Source of the DNA: Bacteroidota bacterium
GTDB lineage: Bacteria > Bacteroidota > Bacteroidia > Chitinophagales > Saprospiraceae
Length of the DNA stretch: 64,000 bases
Assembly (NCBI GenBank): GCA_039199225.1
Contig: JBCCSZ010000001.1
Location: 7,523 to 71,522 of the forward strand
Direction: 5' to 3'
The notes beneath the pieces were generated by a model, which saw nothing but the letters and a program-made list of their open reading frames with translations, searched no databases and was not told where the DNA came from. This document shows, piece after piece, positions 27,892 through 36,454 of this stretch. The position numbers and the translations under genes are program-made. The stretch's first letter is position 1, and every line of letters begins with the position of its first letter.

Positions 27892-28938
27892 TCAGGATTT
27901 CTCGAAATGCTTCCATCCTTGTGCTTTCAAAGGGTGGATGTTCCCTCCTTTGGTGTGTAGCCGGAGGCCATCGGCGGCTGGAACAATCTCTCCCATGATG
28001 TAGATGTCGGGAAGGTATTTGACTTTTTCCAGGTCTTCGGGGCGGATTGTGAATAGCAGCTCATAGTCTTCGCCGCCGCTCAGAGCGCAGGTAATGGGGT
28101 CGAGTTTGAATTTGATGGCCATCAATTCGGCCTCATTGTGGATGGGAACGCCGCTTTCTTCCACGAAAGCACCGACCCCCGACTGGGTGCAGAGATGAAA
28201 AAGCTCGGAGGCCAGGCCATCGGATACATCGATCATGGAGGTAGGCAGCAGGCCGTTTTGCTCAAAGAGCTGAATCATTTCCTTCCGGGCTTCCGGTTTG
28301 AGCTGTCGACCAACGAGGTACTGCTGGTTTTCCAAGTCGGGCTGTACGCCGGGATTGGATAGGTAAATTTGTTTTTCGCGTTCGAGTATTTGAAGACCAA
28401 GATAGGCGGCTCCCAGGTTGCCTGTGACACATATAATGTCACCCACCCGAGCTGTATTGCGATAGACGACCTTGTCTTTGGCCACCTGCCCGATGGCCGT
28501 AACGCTGATGATGAGCCCTTTGTTGGAAGATGTCGTATCTCCTCCCACCAGGTCTACCTTATAATAGTCACAAGCAGATTTGATGCCCTCGTAGATTTCG
28601 TCCAGCGCCTCTACGGAGAATCGATTGGAGATGGCCAGCGAGATGGTGACCTGCCTTGGATGGGCATTCATCGCATAGATGTCCGACAAATTGACGATGA
28701 CGGCTTTGTACCCCAGATGCTTTAATGGCGTATACATCAGGTCGAAGTGAATGCCTTCGACCAGCATATCGGTGGATACGACAGTGAGTAAGTCCTTATT
28801 ATTGATGATGGCAGCATCGTCGCCTATCCCCTTGACAGAGGAAGGGTTGCGCAGTTGGAAATTTTTGGTCAGGTGGTCGATCAGGCCAAATTCGCCCAAT
28901 TCGTTGACGTCTGTTCGATTTTCGTGCTTGTCTGACAT
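27892..28938 (-). CDS. thiL: thiamine-monophosphate kinase
   Basis: 348 aa with ELGEFGLIDHL, GIGDDAA and the AIR-synthase-like fold typical of ThiL. Confidence 0.9.
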   Translation of the reverse strand: MSDKHENRTDVNELGEFGLIDHLTKNFQLRNPSSVKGIGDDAAIINNKDLLTVVSTDMLVEGIHFDLMYTPLKHLGYKAVIVNLSDIYAMNAHPRQVTISLAISNRFSVEALDEIYEGIKSACDYYKVDLVGGDTTSSNKGLIISVTAIGQVAKDKVVYRNTARVGDIICVTGNLGAAYLGLQILEREKQIYLSNPGVQPDLENQQYLVGRQLKPEARKEMIQLFEQNGLLPTSMIDVSDGLASELFHLCTQSGVGAFVEESGVPIHNEAELMAIKFKLDPITCALSGGEDYELLFTIRPEDLEKVKYLPDIYIMGEIVPAADGLRLHTKGGNIHPLKAQGWKHFEKS

Positions 28939-28949
28939 CCAGTGAGTGT

Positions 28950-29621
28950 TTAGTCCGATTTATTGAAGGCATTCCAAACGACTTCGTCGGGAAGAGGTGC
29001 CTCTATATTAATGGTGTCGCCCGAGATAGGGTGTTGAAATTCCATTTTCCAGGCATGCAGGTGAATCGATCGATCTTTATTGCTGCGCCTGGCACCGTAT
29101 TTTACATCGCCTTTGACGGGGCATCCGATGGCTGCCAACTGGGCGCGAATCTGGTGGTGTCGACCACTGATCAATTCGATGCGTAATAAGTGATAGTGAT
29201 CGCTCTTGCCCATTAGCCGATAGCTCAGTTTGGCTTCTTTGCTGTTTTTGGTCGCAATGTCGGATACAAATGACTTATTCAGCTTGCTGTTTTTGCTCAA
29301 ATGGTGGATCAAATGGTCTTCTTCTTTTGGAGGGGCATTTTTGACGACGGCCAAATACTGCTTTTTGATCCGCCCTTCCTGAAATTGCTTGCTGAGGTAG
29401 GCTGCCGTTTGCTTTGTCTTGGCAAAGAGCAGCAAGCCACTAACCGGCCGATCAATCCGATGTACCAGGTGCAAATTGCGTTTGCAGTAAATCTCTGCCA
29501 AATCCATTAAAGACTTGTCGCCGCTCCGGTCTGCTTGAACAGGCACTCCTGCAGGCTTCGAGAAGGCAATCAACTGATTGTTTTTGTAGAGAACAAGCGC
29601 TCCGATGTTTTGCACAAGCAT
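28950..29621 (-). CDS. RluA-family RNA pseudouridine synthase
   Basis: 223 aa with the catalytic block HRIDRPVSGLLLFAKT and SGRHHQIRAQL. Confidence 0.85.
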   Translation of the reverse strand: MLVQNIGALVLYKNNQLIAFSKPAGVPVQADRSGDKSLMDLAEIYCKRNLHLVHRIDRPVSGLLLFAKTKQTAAYLSKQFQEGRIKKQYLAVVKNAPPKEEDHLIHHLSKNSKLNKSFVSDIATKNSKEAKLSYRLMGKSDHYHLLRIELISGRHHQIRAQLAAIGCPVKGDVKYGARRSNKDRSIHLHAWKMEFQHPISGDTINIEAPLPDEVVWNAFNKSD

Positions 29622-29656
29622 ATAGATGAGCTGGGTTGATGAACAGGTTGGCCAAA

Positions 29657-29815
29657 TTAATCCACCTCTTCGTAATCGATGTAGTCGTCGTCCGTATTTT
29701 TGGGGTTATTGTCTATCTGTTGGCCGGATTTGGTCTCTTCTATTTTCTTAGGAGCAAAAGACATCCGGTAAAACAGATAAATCAAAGCGCCAATTGTGAA
29801 GATTTTGAATAACAT
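29657..29815 (-). CDS. small membrane protein (DUF4834-like)
   Basis: 52 aa from ATG 29815 (MLFKIFTIGALIYLFYRM...DDYIDYEEVD). One TM helix plus an acidic Y-x-D-Y-E-E tail fits that family. The longer 99-aa track ORF has an implausible N-terminus. Confidence 0.5.
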   Translation of the reverse strand: MLFKIFTIGALIYLFYRMSFAPKKIEETKSGQQIDNNPKNTDDDYIDYEEVD

Positions 29816-30285
29816 GGCCGATAGATTTTGCGCAAAGGTAGTGATTATTGATCTGAATTGAACCTTATTTGTCGAAGTAGCCTTTAGATCGCCTGCTGGA
29901 AATGCTTCTCTATCATTTTGAGAGTGTAAAAACGCTCCCTTGGCCTGTATTTTCAACTTGGCGATTGATCGATTGTAGACGAATGCTATTTTTTGACATT
30001 TGTCGCTCTTCTAATTGAACCTTTAGCGCTTAGAGGCGTAGAAATAAGCTGAAAAACCGGTTAAAAGTTAAATCGTCTTTTTTCCTGCTTATCAATGGAT
30101 TAAGGGTGGCTTTTGGCCCGGTATATTTTATTACATTTGCATTTCTAACAAAACAGTGAATGCGATGGGTCATTTTGGGTGCCTTGTGAGTCACTTTTTG
30201 TTGAAACAAGCCTAGTTGCGATGAATGATAGGCTTTCCCGAGGATGAATCGCAACTTCAATTAAAAACAGCTAATTTTTTCTTCG

Positions 30286-33200
30286 ATGAATAATTTCAAG
30301 AAATTAACGAATATCGCCGGATGGGTCGTCTTTGGTATCGCCTTCGTGGTTTACTTCTTTTCCGCTGAACGTACGGGTAGTCTTTGGGACTGTGGTGAAT
30401 TCATCACCGGAGCCTACAAATTACAGGTCGTTCACCCTCCCGGCGCTCCGCTTTTCATCCTAATTGGGCGGATGTTTACTTTCATAGCACAGATATTTTA
30501 CGATAATCCTGAGAATATTGCCTTTTCCGTCAACATACTTTCCGGTATTTGCTCGGCTTTTGCCGCGACTTTTGTGTGCTGGAGTACCATTATCCTCGGA
30601 AAATTGACCTTGACAGATAGAGAGTCTGTACCGGAGCAGGGAGAACAAATTGCCTTGGCTGGCGCTGGCGTTGTAGCTGGTTTGGCAACTGCATTCTGTA
30701 CTTCCGTTTGGTTTTCTGCTGTGGAAGGGGAAGTTTACGCCATGTCTACCTTCTTTACGACTCTAACACTTTGGGCTTCCATGAAATGGTACGCATTGCC
30801 CGACAAGCCAGATGCTGACCGTTGGTTGATCTTTGCATTCTATGCAGCGGGTCTTTCTGTAGGGGTTCACCTTTTGAGTATTTTGACCTTCCCGGCCTTG
30901 GCGTTGTTTTACTATTTCAAGAAATACGAAAAGCCCAACATAAAAGGAATGGCCATCGCTGCAATTATCGGTGTGGTCCTAGTGGCTTTCTTGCAAACGG
31001 TGGTCATTACGGGTATTCCAAACCTTTGGAGCTGGCTGGAACGCACCATGGTCAATGACTTTGGGCTGCCTTTCCACTCTGGTATCTATCCGCTGCTTGT
31101 CATTATCGGTGCGATCTTCTTTTTCGCTTTGCGCTATGCGCGTGATAAGGAGAGTGCACTCTTGCAAAAGCTGATTGTGATGGTTGGCTTGGTTGTCGTT
31201 TCCTATTCTACTTTTGGGGTGGTGATCATTCGTGCCAATGCGAATCCGCCGATCAATATGAACGATCCAAGTGATCCACTTCGCTTGCTGCCTTATCTGA
31301 ACCGCGAGCAATATGGTGAGCGTCCGCTGATGAGGGGACCACACTACCAAACGCAAATCATACGGACCAACCTGGAAGACCGCTATGGCCGTGCTGGAGA
31401 TAAGTATGAGATTGTGGATCAAAAAGCCAGCTACGAATTTGATCCTGGCGATCAGATGCTGTTTCCACGTTTGGGTCACCTAGATGAAAATCGAAAGCGT
31501 TTGTACGAAATGTGGCTGGACAAAAAGTCGCGTCCCACAATGGGCGATAATATTGGCTTTTTCTTCCGCTACCAAATAGGCTGGATGTACTTTCGCTACT
31601 TCATGTGGAACTTTGCCGGGCGCCAAAATGGCCAACAGGGCTTCTATCCCTGGGACAAAACATCGGGCCATTGGATCAGCGGTATCCCATTTATAGACAA
31701 TGCAAGATTGGGGAATCAGAGTAAATTACCCGAATCACTGGATAGTAAGGCCCGCAATAAATACTATTTGCTGCCCTTGATCTTCGGTTTGATTGGCATG
31801 TTTTTCCACTTCAAGCGAAGACCCAACGACTTCCTTGGTTTGTTGACGCTGTTCATCATCACCGGAATCGGCATCATCGTCTACTCCAATCAGCCGCCAA
31901 ATGAGCCCCGAGAGCGGGATTACGTTTTGGTTGGATCGTTCTTCACCTTCTGTATATGGATGGGAATGGGCGTGCTGAGTTTGTTCCTGGCTGCAAAGGA
32001 GCGGTTTCAGATGAAATCTATGACTGCCGCCATGGCTGCTACTGCCTTGGTACTCGTTGCTCCGGTGCTGATGGGGACTCAGAACTTTGACGATAACAGC
32101 CGTCGCCACCACAAGGCATCGCGGGACTATGCTAGTAACTTCCTGAATTCCTGTGAACCCAATGCCATCATTTTTACATATGGCGATAACGATACTTATC
32201 CGCTTTGGTATGCCCAGGAGGTAGAGAACATTCGAACGGATGTACGGGTGGTCAACTTGAGCTTGATTGCTGTAGATTGGTACATCGACCAATTGCGTCG
32301 GAAAATCAATGATTCGCCGCGGATCAAAATGAGCCTTACAGAAGAGTCGATTCGAGGCTTTAAGCGAACCCAAATACCTGTCGATCCCTATGGCAACGGC
32401 AGGGAAATGAGCCTGACTTCGGCACTGAAGGTACTGTCTGAAGACCATCCGATTCCCACCCAGTCCGGACGTAGCTTGGAGAGTTTCTTCCCAACGCGGG
32501 ACGTCTACATACCTGTTAATCGGCAACGGGCCATCCAGATGGGGCTCATCAGCTCCTCGGACACGACTGCTTTGAGTAAGATGAAGTTTCGCTTGAATAA
32601 AAGCTCTTTCATGCTCAAAGGCGATGCAGCCGTATTAGACATTATCAACAGCAATATTTGGGATCGGCCAATTTACTTTGCAGTGACTTGCCGCCGAGAA
32701 TCTTTGATGGGACTTGAAAATTTCACTCAGCTAGAAGGCTTGGCCCTGCGATTGGTGCCGGTAAAAAGTAAAGGCGACCCTATTTACGGTATGATTGGTA
32801 ATGGACGAGTAAATACCGACAAGTACTACGACAACTTTATGACCAAGTTCAAGTGGGGTAATTTTGATAAAATGAAGCTGTTTGTCGATAACTCCTATGG
32901 TCCGACCATCCAAACGACTCGTTTTGGCGCACTCCGAACGGCCCGAACGATGTTGGATCGGGGAGACAAGGACCGCGCGGTCGAACTGGTCGATAAATAC
33001 TTCGAAGCCTTTCCGCACATGAACTTCCCTTATGATGCCAACACAATTTTGTTCATCAATATTTACGCGCAGGCTGGCGACATGGAAAATGTCAAAAAGC
33101 ACATGCGAATATTGGCAAAAGAAACAGCCGATCAGTTGGAATTCATCGAATCTTTGGGTAGTTATCGCGAACTGGGTTATGACAATGCTTATAGCAATTT

Positions 33201-33324
33201 CATGCGGGCGCGTGAGGACATGACCCGATTGTCCAAAGATATTATCAAGGACGAGGCATTTGATAAAGAATTGAATGATCTTTTGGGTAAATTCGCTTCG
33301 GAGAGTCTTCAAGGTAGAGACTAA
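30286..33324 (+). CDS. DUF2723 (TMEM260-like, GT-C fold) large membrane protein
   Basis: 1012 aa. The N-terminus is ERTGSLWDCGEFITGAYKLQVVHPPGAPLF, with many TM segments and then a large soluble C-terminal part. Confidence 0.85.
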   Translation: MNNFKKLTNIAGWVVFGIAFVVYFFSAERTGSLWDCGEFITGAYKLQVVHPPGAPLFILIGRMFTFIAQIFYDNPENIAFSVNILSGICSAFAATFVCWSTIILGKLTLTDRESVPEQGEQIALAGAGVVAGLATAFCTSVWFSAVEGEVYAMSTFFTTLTLWASMKWYALPDKPDADRWLIFAFYAAGLSVGVHLLSILTFPALALFYYFKKYEKPNIKGMAIAAIIGVVLVAFLQTVVITGIPNLWSWLERTMVNDFGLPFHSGIYPLLVIIGAIFFFALRYARDKESALLQKLIVMVGLVVVSYSTFGVVIIRANANPPINMNDPSDPLRLLPYLNREQYGERPLMRGPHYQTQIIRTNLEDRYGRAGDKYEIVDQKASYEFDPGDQMLFPRLGHLDENRKRLYEMWLDKKSRPTMGDNIGFFFRYQIGWMYFRYFMWNFAGRQNGQQGFYPWDKTSGHWISGIPFIDNARLGNQSKLPESLDSKARNKYYLLPLIFGLIGMFFHFKRRPNDFLGLLTLFIITGIGIIVYSNQPPNEPRERDYVLVGSFFTFCIWMGMGVLSLFLAAKERFQMKSMTAAMAATALVLVAPVLMGTQNFDDNSRRHHKASRDYASNFLNSCEPNAIIFTYGDNDTYPLWYAQEVENIRTDVRVVNLSLIAVDWYIDQLRRKINDSPRIKMSLTEESIRGFKRTQIPVDPYGNGREMSLTSALKVLSEDHPIPTQSGRSLESFFPTRDVYIPVNRQRAIQMGLISSSDTTALSKMKFRLNKSSFMLKGDAAVLDIINSNIWDRPIYFAVTCRRESLMGLENFTQLEGLALRLVPVKSKGDPIYGMIGNGRVNTDKYYDNFMTKFKWGNFDKMKLFVDNSYGPTIQTTRFGALRTARTMLDRGDKDRAVELVDKYFEAFPHMNFPYDANTILFINIYAQAGDMENVKKHMRILAKETADQLEFIESLGSYRELGYDNAYSNFMRAREDMTRLSKDIIKDEAFDKELNDLLGKFASESLQGRD

Positions 33325-33339
33325 AAGCACCTTTCAATT

Positions 33340-33783
33340 GTGATTGAGATCAAAAAAATAGCTGTAGGCGGTGACCATGCCGGCTACCAACAAAAGGACG
33401 AGATCGTGGCCATGCTCAAGGAAGCAGGCTACGAGCTTGTCGATTTTGGAACCAATGGACCGGAATCGGTTGATTATCCCGATTATGCACATCCTGTAGC
33501 AGAAGAAGTGGAGCAGGGCAAGGCAGATGTCGGGATTGTTTTTTGTGGAAGTGGCAATGGTATTGCCATGACGGTGAATAAACACCAGGGCATTCGGGCA
33601 GCCATCGCCTGGACCAAGGAATTGGCCGAATTAGCCCGGCAACACAACAATGCCAATATCCTTTCTATTCCAGCCCGCTTTGTCTCTCTTGAAACTACTA
33701 AGGAGATGGTCAAAGCCTTTTTGACGACGGATTTCGAGGGTGGTCGCCATGAAAGGCGAATCAAAAAAATTGCCTGTGGCTGA
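33340..33783 (+). CDS. rpiB: ribose-5-phosphate isomerase B
   Basis: 147 aa with a GTG start. Motifs are IAVGGDHAG, CGSGNGIAM and the RHERR tail. Confidence 0.9.
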   Translation: MIEIKKIAVGGDHAGYQQKDEIVAMLKEAGYELVDFGTNGPESVDYPDYAHPVAEEVEQGKADVGIVFCGSGNGIAMTVNKHQGIRAAIAWTKELAELARQHNNANILSIPARFVSLETTKEMVKAFLTTDFEGGRHERRIKKIACG

Positions 33784-33878
33784 CAAAGTGCTGCCTGAAT
33801 GTCAAACATGCTGAACGTGTAAGTCGTTTTAGTAAGAGTTCTCCGCTAAGCTCTTATATTTACATAAACTTCTTATAC

Positions 33879-35495
33879 ATGAAGCGCATATTAGCCTTTG
33901 GACTCAGCCTTCTCTTCTGTTTTGTTTTACAAGGACAATCCACACTGCCTATTACTCCTTCTGAAGGGGTCTCTACAGCTACCGACGAAGTTGATCCGGC
34001 TTCCTTTGCAGGTACCATCAACAGTAGTGACTTGCAGACTCACCTGAATATTTTGGCATCTGATGAATTCGAAGGCCGCGAGACTGGGAAACCTGGCAAC
34101 GATAAAGCTGCGGAGTACATATCAGATTATTTTGCGGGATTGGGACTTCCGACTGTTGGGGAGAATGATTCTTATTACCAGCGTATCCGTTTTAATACAG
34201 AGCTGTGGCGTGACATTGACATGCAGGTCAATTCCAAGGCTTTTCGCCATTTGTGGGACTTTATTTCTTTTCCACACCAGAATACGAATTTGGAGGAGCC
34301 TCTGCTAGCAGATGAAGTGATCTTTTTGGGATATGGAATTGCATCGGAAAAGTACAATGATTACAAGGGGGTTAATGTAAAGGACAAAGTGATTTTGATT
34401 TACAAAGGGGAGCCCGTTGATTCAAAAGGGAAGTCTCATGTAACAGGAAGTAAGGAGATGTCCGACTGGACGGAATTGCAGAAGTTGCGTCTGGCAAAAG
34501 AAAAGGGTGTCCGGGCGGTCTTAATCATTGAGGATAAAATCAAAAAATTGCTTCGCAAGAACCGGCAGTATCTAATTGGTCCCTATGTTTCTTTGGGTGA
34601 TCCGGAGAATGATCCGCATCAATTGGCTCGGAGTTGTTACATTTCCACCAATGTGGCTAAGGAGATTATGTCGGGTAATTTTCGAAAAATTGTAAAGGCT
34701 CGAAAGAAAATACGTAAAAAAGGAAAGGCTCGTTCGGTTAAAATTCCCTGTCAATTGCGCATCAAGCACGATAAGAACCTCAAGATTATTGCTGGTAATA
34801 ATGTACTTGGGTACATAGAAGGGAGTGATCCTGTGTTGAAGGAAGAACTCATTGTCGTGACGGCTCATTATGATCATTTGGGAAAACGAGGTGATAATAT
34901 TTACAATGGAGCAGATGACAACGGGTCTGGTACCTCCTCCGTTTTGGAAGTTGCACAAGCATTGGTAGAGGCCAAAAATAGTGGGGCAGGTCCGAGGCGT
35001 TCGGTACTGGTCATGCTGGTAACAGGAGAAGAAAAAGGTTTATTGGGTTCTCAATTTTACACTGCCCGTCCAATATTTCCTCTGGAAAATACGGTGGCCA
35101 ATGTGAATGTGGATATGGTTGGGCGTATTGACCGACGCTACAAAGACGACCCCAACTACATTTACGTTATTGGCTCGAACCGCTTGAGCACGGAGTTGCA
35201 TGAAATCAATGAGGCGATGAATCAGCGATATACCAAATTGAAATTAGATTATAAATACAATGCGAAAAATGATCCGAACCGCTATTACTATCGGAGCGAT
35301 CATTACAATTTTGCGGAAAAAGGCATTCCTGCTATTTTTTATTTTAATGGTACGCACAAAGATTACCACCGAACTTCTGATACGGTTGAAAAAATTAATT
35401 TTGAAAAAATGGAGAAGATTGCGAAACTGGTTTTTCACACGACCTGGGAATTGGCCAATCGTGAAAAACGCATCGTGGTAGACGTAAAAGATTAG
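33879..35495 (+). CDS. M28-family metallopeptidase with a PA (protease-associated) insert
   Basis: 538 aa with a signal peptide. Zinc ligand blocks are VTAHYDHLG, GADDNGSGTS and TGEEKGLLGS...NVDMVG. Confidence 0.85.
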   Translation: MKRILAFGLSLLFCFVLQGQSTLPITPSEGVSTATDEVDPASFAGTINSSDLQTHLNILASDEFEGRETGKPGNDKAAEYISDYFAGLGLPTVGENDSYYQRIRFNTELWRDIDMQVNSKAFRHLWDFISFPHQNTNLEEPLLADEVIFLGYGIASEKYNDYKGVNVKDKVILIYKGEPVDSKGKSHVTGSKEMSDWTELQKLRLAKEKGVRAVLIIEDKIKKLLRKNRQYLIGPYVSLGDPENDPHQLARSCYISTNVAKEIMSGNFRKIVKARKKIRKKGKARSVKIPCQLRIKHDKNLKIIAGNNVLGYIEGSDPVLKEELIVVTAHYDHLGKRGDNIYNGADDNGSGTSSVLEVAQALVEAKNSGAGPRRSVLVMLVTGEEKGLLGSQFYTARPIFPLENTVANVNVDMVGRIDRRYKDDPNYIYVIGSNRLSTELHEINEAMNQRYTKLKLDYKYNAKNDPNRYYYRSDHYNFAEKGIPAIFYFNGTHKDYHRTSDTVEKINFEKMEKIAKLVFHTTWELANREKRIVVDVKD

Positions 35496-35516
35496 AAAAA
35501 GGCAAAGAGTACAAAC

Positions 35517-35552
35517 GCAAAAAGGCCATCGGAATTCCGATGGCCTTTTTGC
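35517..35552 (+). terminator. intrinsic terminator (perfect 36-nt palindrome) after the M28 peptidase
   Basis: The sequence is GCAAAAAGGCCATCGGAATTCCGATGGCCTTTTTGC. A GC-rich stem is flanked by an A-run and a T-run, so it could act in both directions. Confidence 0.75.
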
Positions 35553-35570
35553 GTTTTAAGAAAAAAAGTT

Positions 35571-35645
35571 GAGTGAGTTTAGGACCAGTTCTACCCCCCA
35601 ATAAACTGGTCCCACTCACTCGTTTAGGACCACTTCTGATCCTAA
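35571..35645. repeat. structured double-hairpin element, copy A (candidate ncRNA module)
   Basis: - P1: GAGTGAG 35571-77 pairs with CTCACTC 35615-21.
- P2: GGACCAGTT 35582-90 pairs with AACTGGTCC 35604-12.
- Loop: CTACCCCCCAATA.
- Second hairpin: TTAGGAcCA-CTTC-TGaTCCTAA, 35624-45. Confidence 0.8.
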
Positions 35646-35759
35646 GATTTTTGCAATTAATATCCCAAATAAATTAGTACGAATAAATCATACCGGGGGT
35701 ATTTGTGGGGGGTAACGCAAAAACCGTATTCTTTAAAAAGTTGGTTTTTTCAGTAAGTA

Positions 35760-35835
35760 AAGTGAGATATGAGACCAGCATTACCCCCCAATAAACTGGT
35801 CTCACTCACTTACTTAAGATCACTTCTGATCTTAA
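35760..35835. repeat. structured double-hairpin element, copy B (candidate ncRNA module)
   Basis: - P1: AAGTGAG 35760-66 pairs with CTCACTT 35805-11.
- P2: GAGACCAG 35771-78 pairs with CTGGTCTC 35796-803.
- The loop contains the same TACCCCCCAATAAAC as copy A.
- Second hairpin: TTAAGATCA-CTTC-TGATCTTAA, 35814-35. Confidence 0.8.
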
Positions 35836-35960
35836 TTCTTGTGTATCGTTTCAAGTTTGCTTTTTGAAAACTGGGGGTAACATTTCAAAGGTTTGAGCGG
35901 CCTTTTTTTCGGGGAGGGCCGTATGCTCATTCCTCCTACAATTATCCAAGAACTATGCCA

Positions 35961-36200
35961 TTAAGCCAAAATCATTGGAGATGTTTCCAAATTATTTTTT
36001 GGCAATTCCAACGACAAGTTTTTTGTCCGTGCATCGAGCAGACGGCCATAGGTTTTCTTGTAATCGGCATAGTCAGTATGTTCACTATAAATCAGAGATT
36101 GGTCTTGTTCGAAGAGAAGAAAAATCTGGAAGCAAAGGTTGTTATTTTTGTAGTAGAATTTTGTGAGTAGGTTCTTAATCTGTTCGCCGCGAATATTCAT
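35961..36200 (-). CDS. AT-rich orphan ORF (hypothetical; the start could also be at 36332)
   Basis: 79-123 aa (MNIRGEQIKNLLTKFYYKNNN...) with clearly lower GC than its neighbours. No family recognised, and coding status is uncertain. Confidence 0.3.
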   Translation of the reverse strand: MNIRGEQIKNLLTKFYYKNNNLCFQIFLLFEQDQSLIYSEHTDYADYKKTYGRLLDARTKNLSLELPKNNLETSPMILA

Positions 36201-36454
36201 CTTTAGATCGTTGTAATAATGATTAAATGTGGTTCCGTATGTTCTGATGAAACAATGATAAAGGCATTTACATTTTGAAGTATGTACTAAATGGTTTACT
36301 TGTGACAGGAAAAAAGGCCGACCTATTGACAAAAGCTGTTATTTTAACAGGAATTTTTGCGTTTCCTAGCTACAGTCCGGTCATTTTGGCAGCAAAATCG
36401 GCATGGCACATCCTTTGACCGCAGATCAACAGTTCTCAACCAAAACTCTCAACT

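Noticed and set aside
30215-30255. Hairpin GTTGCGAT...ATCGCAAC with internal GATGAAT direct repeats upstream of the DUF2723 gene, considered as a riboswitch or leader.
   Set aside because: It has only an 8-bp stem with a 25-nt loop, no recognisable riboswitch core, and no second copy to test covariation.
35561-35935. Type III toxin-antitoxin (ToxIN-like) antitoxin RNA repeats.
   Set aside because: There are only two copies, spaced 189 nt apart rather than contiguous short repeats. No ToxN/AbiE-like ORF of appropriate size lies downstream on either strand.
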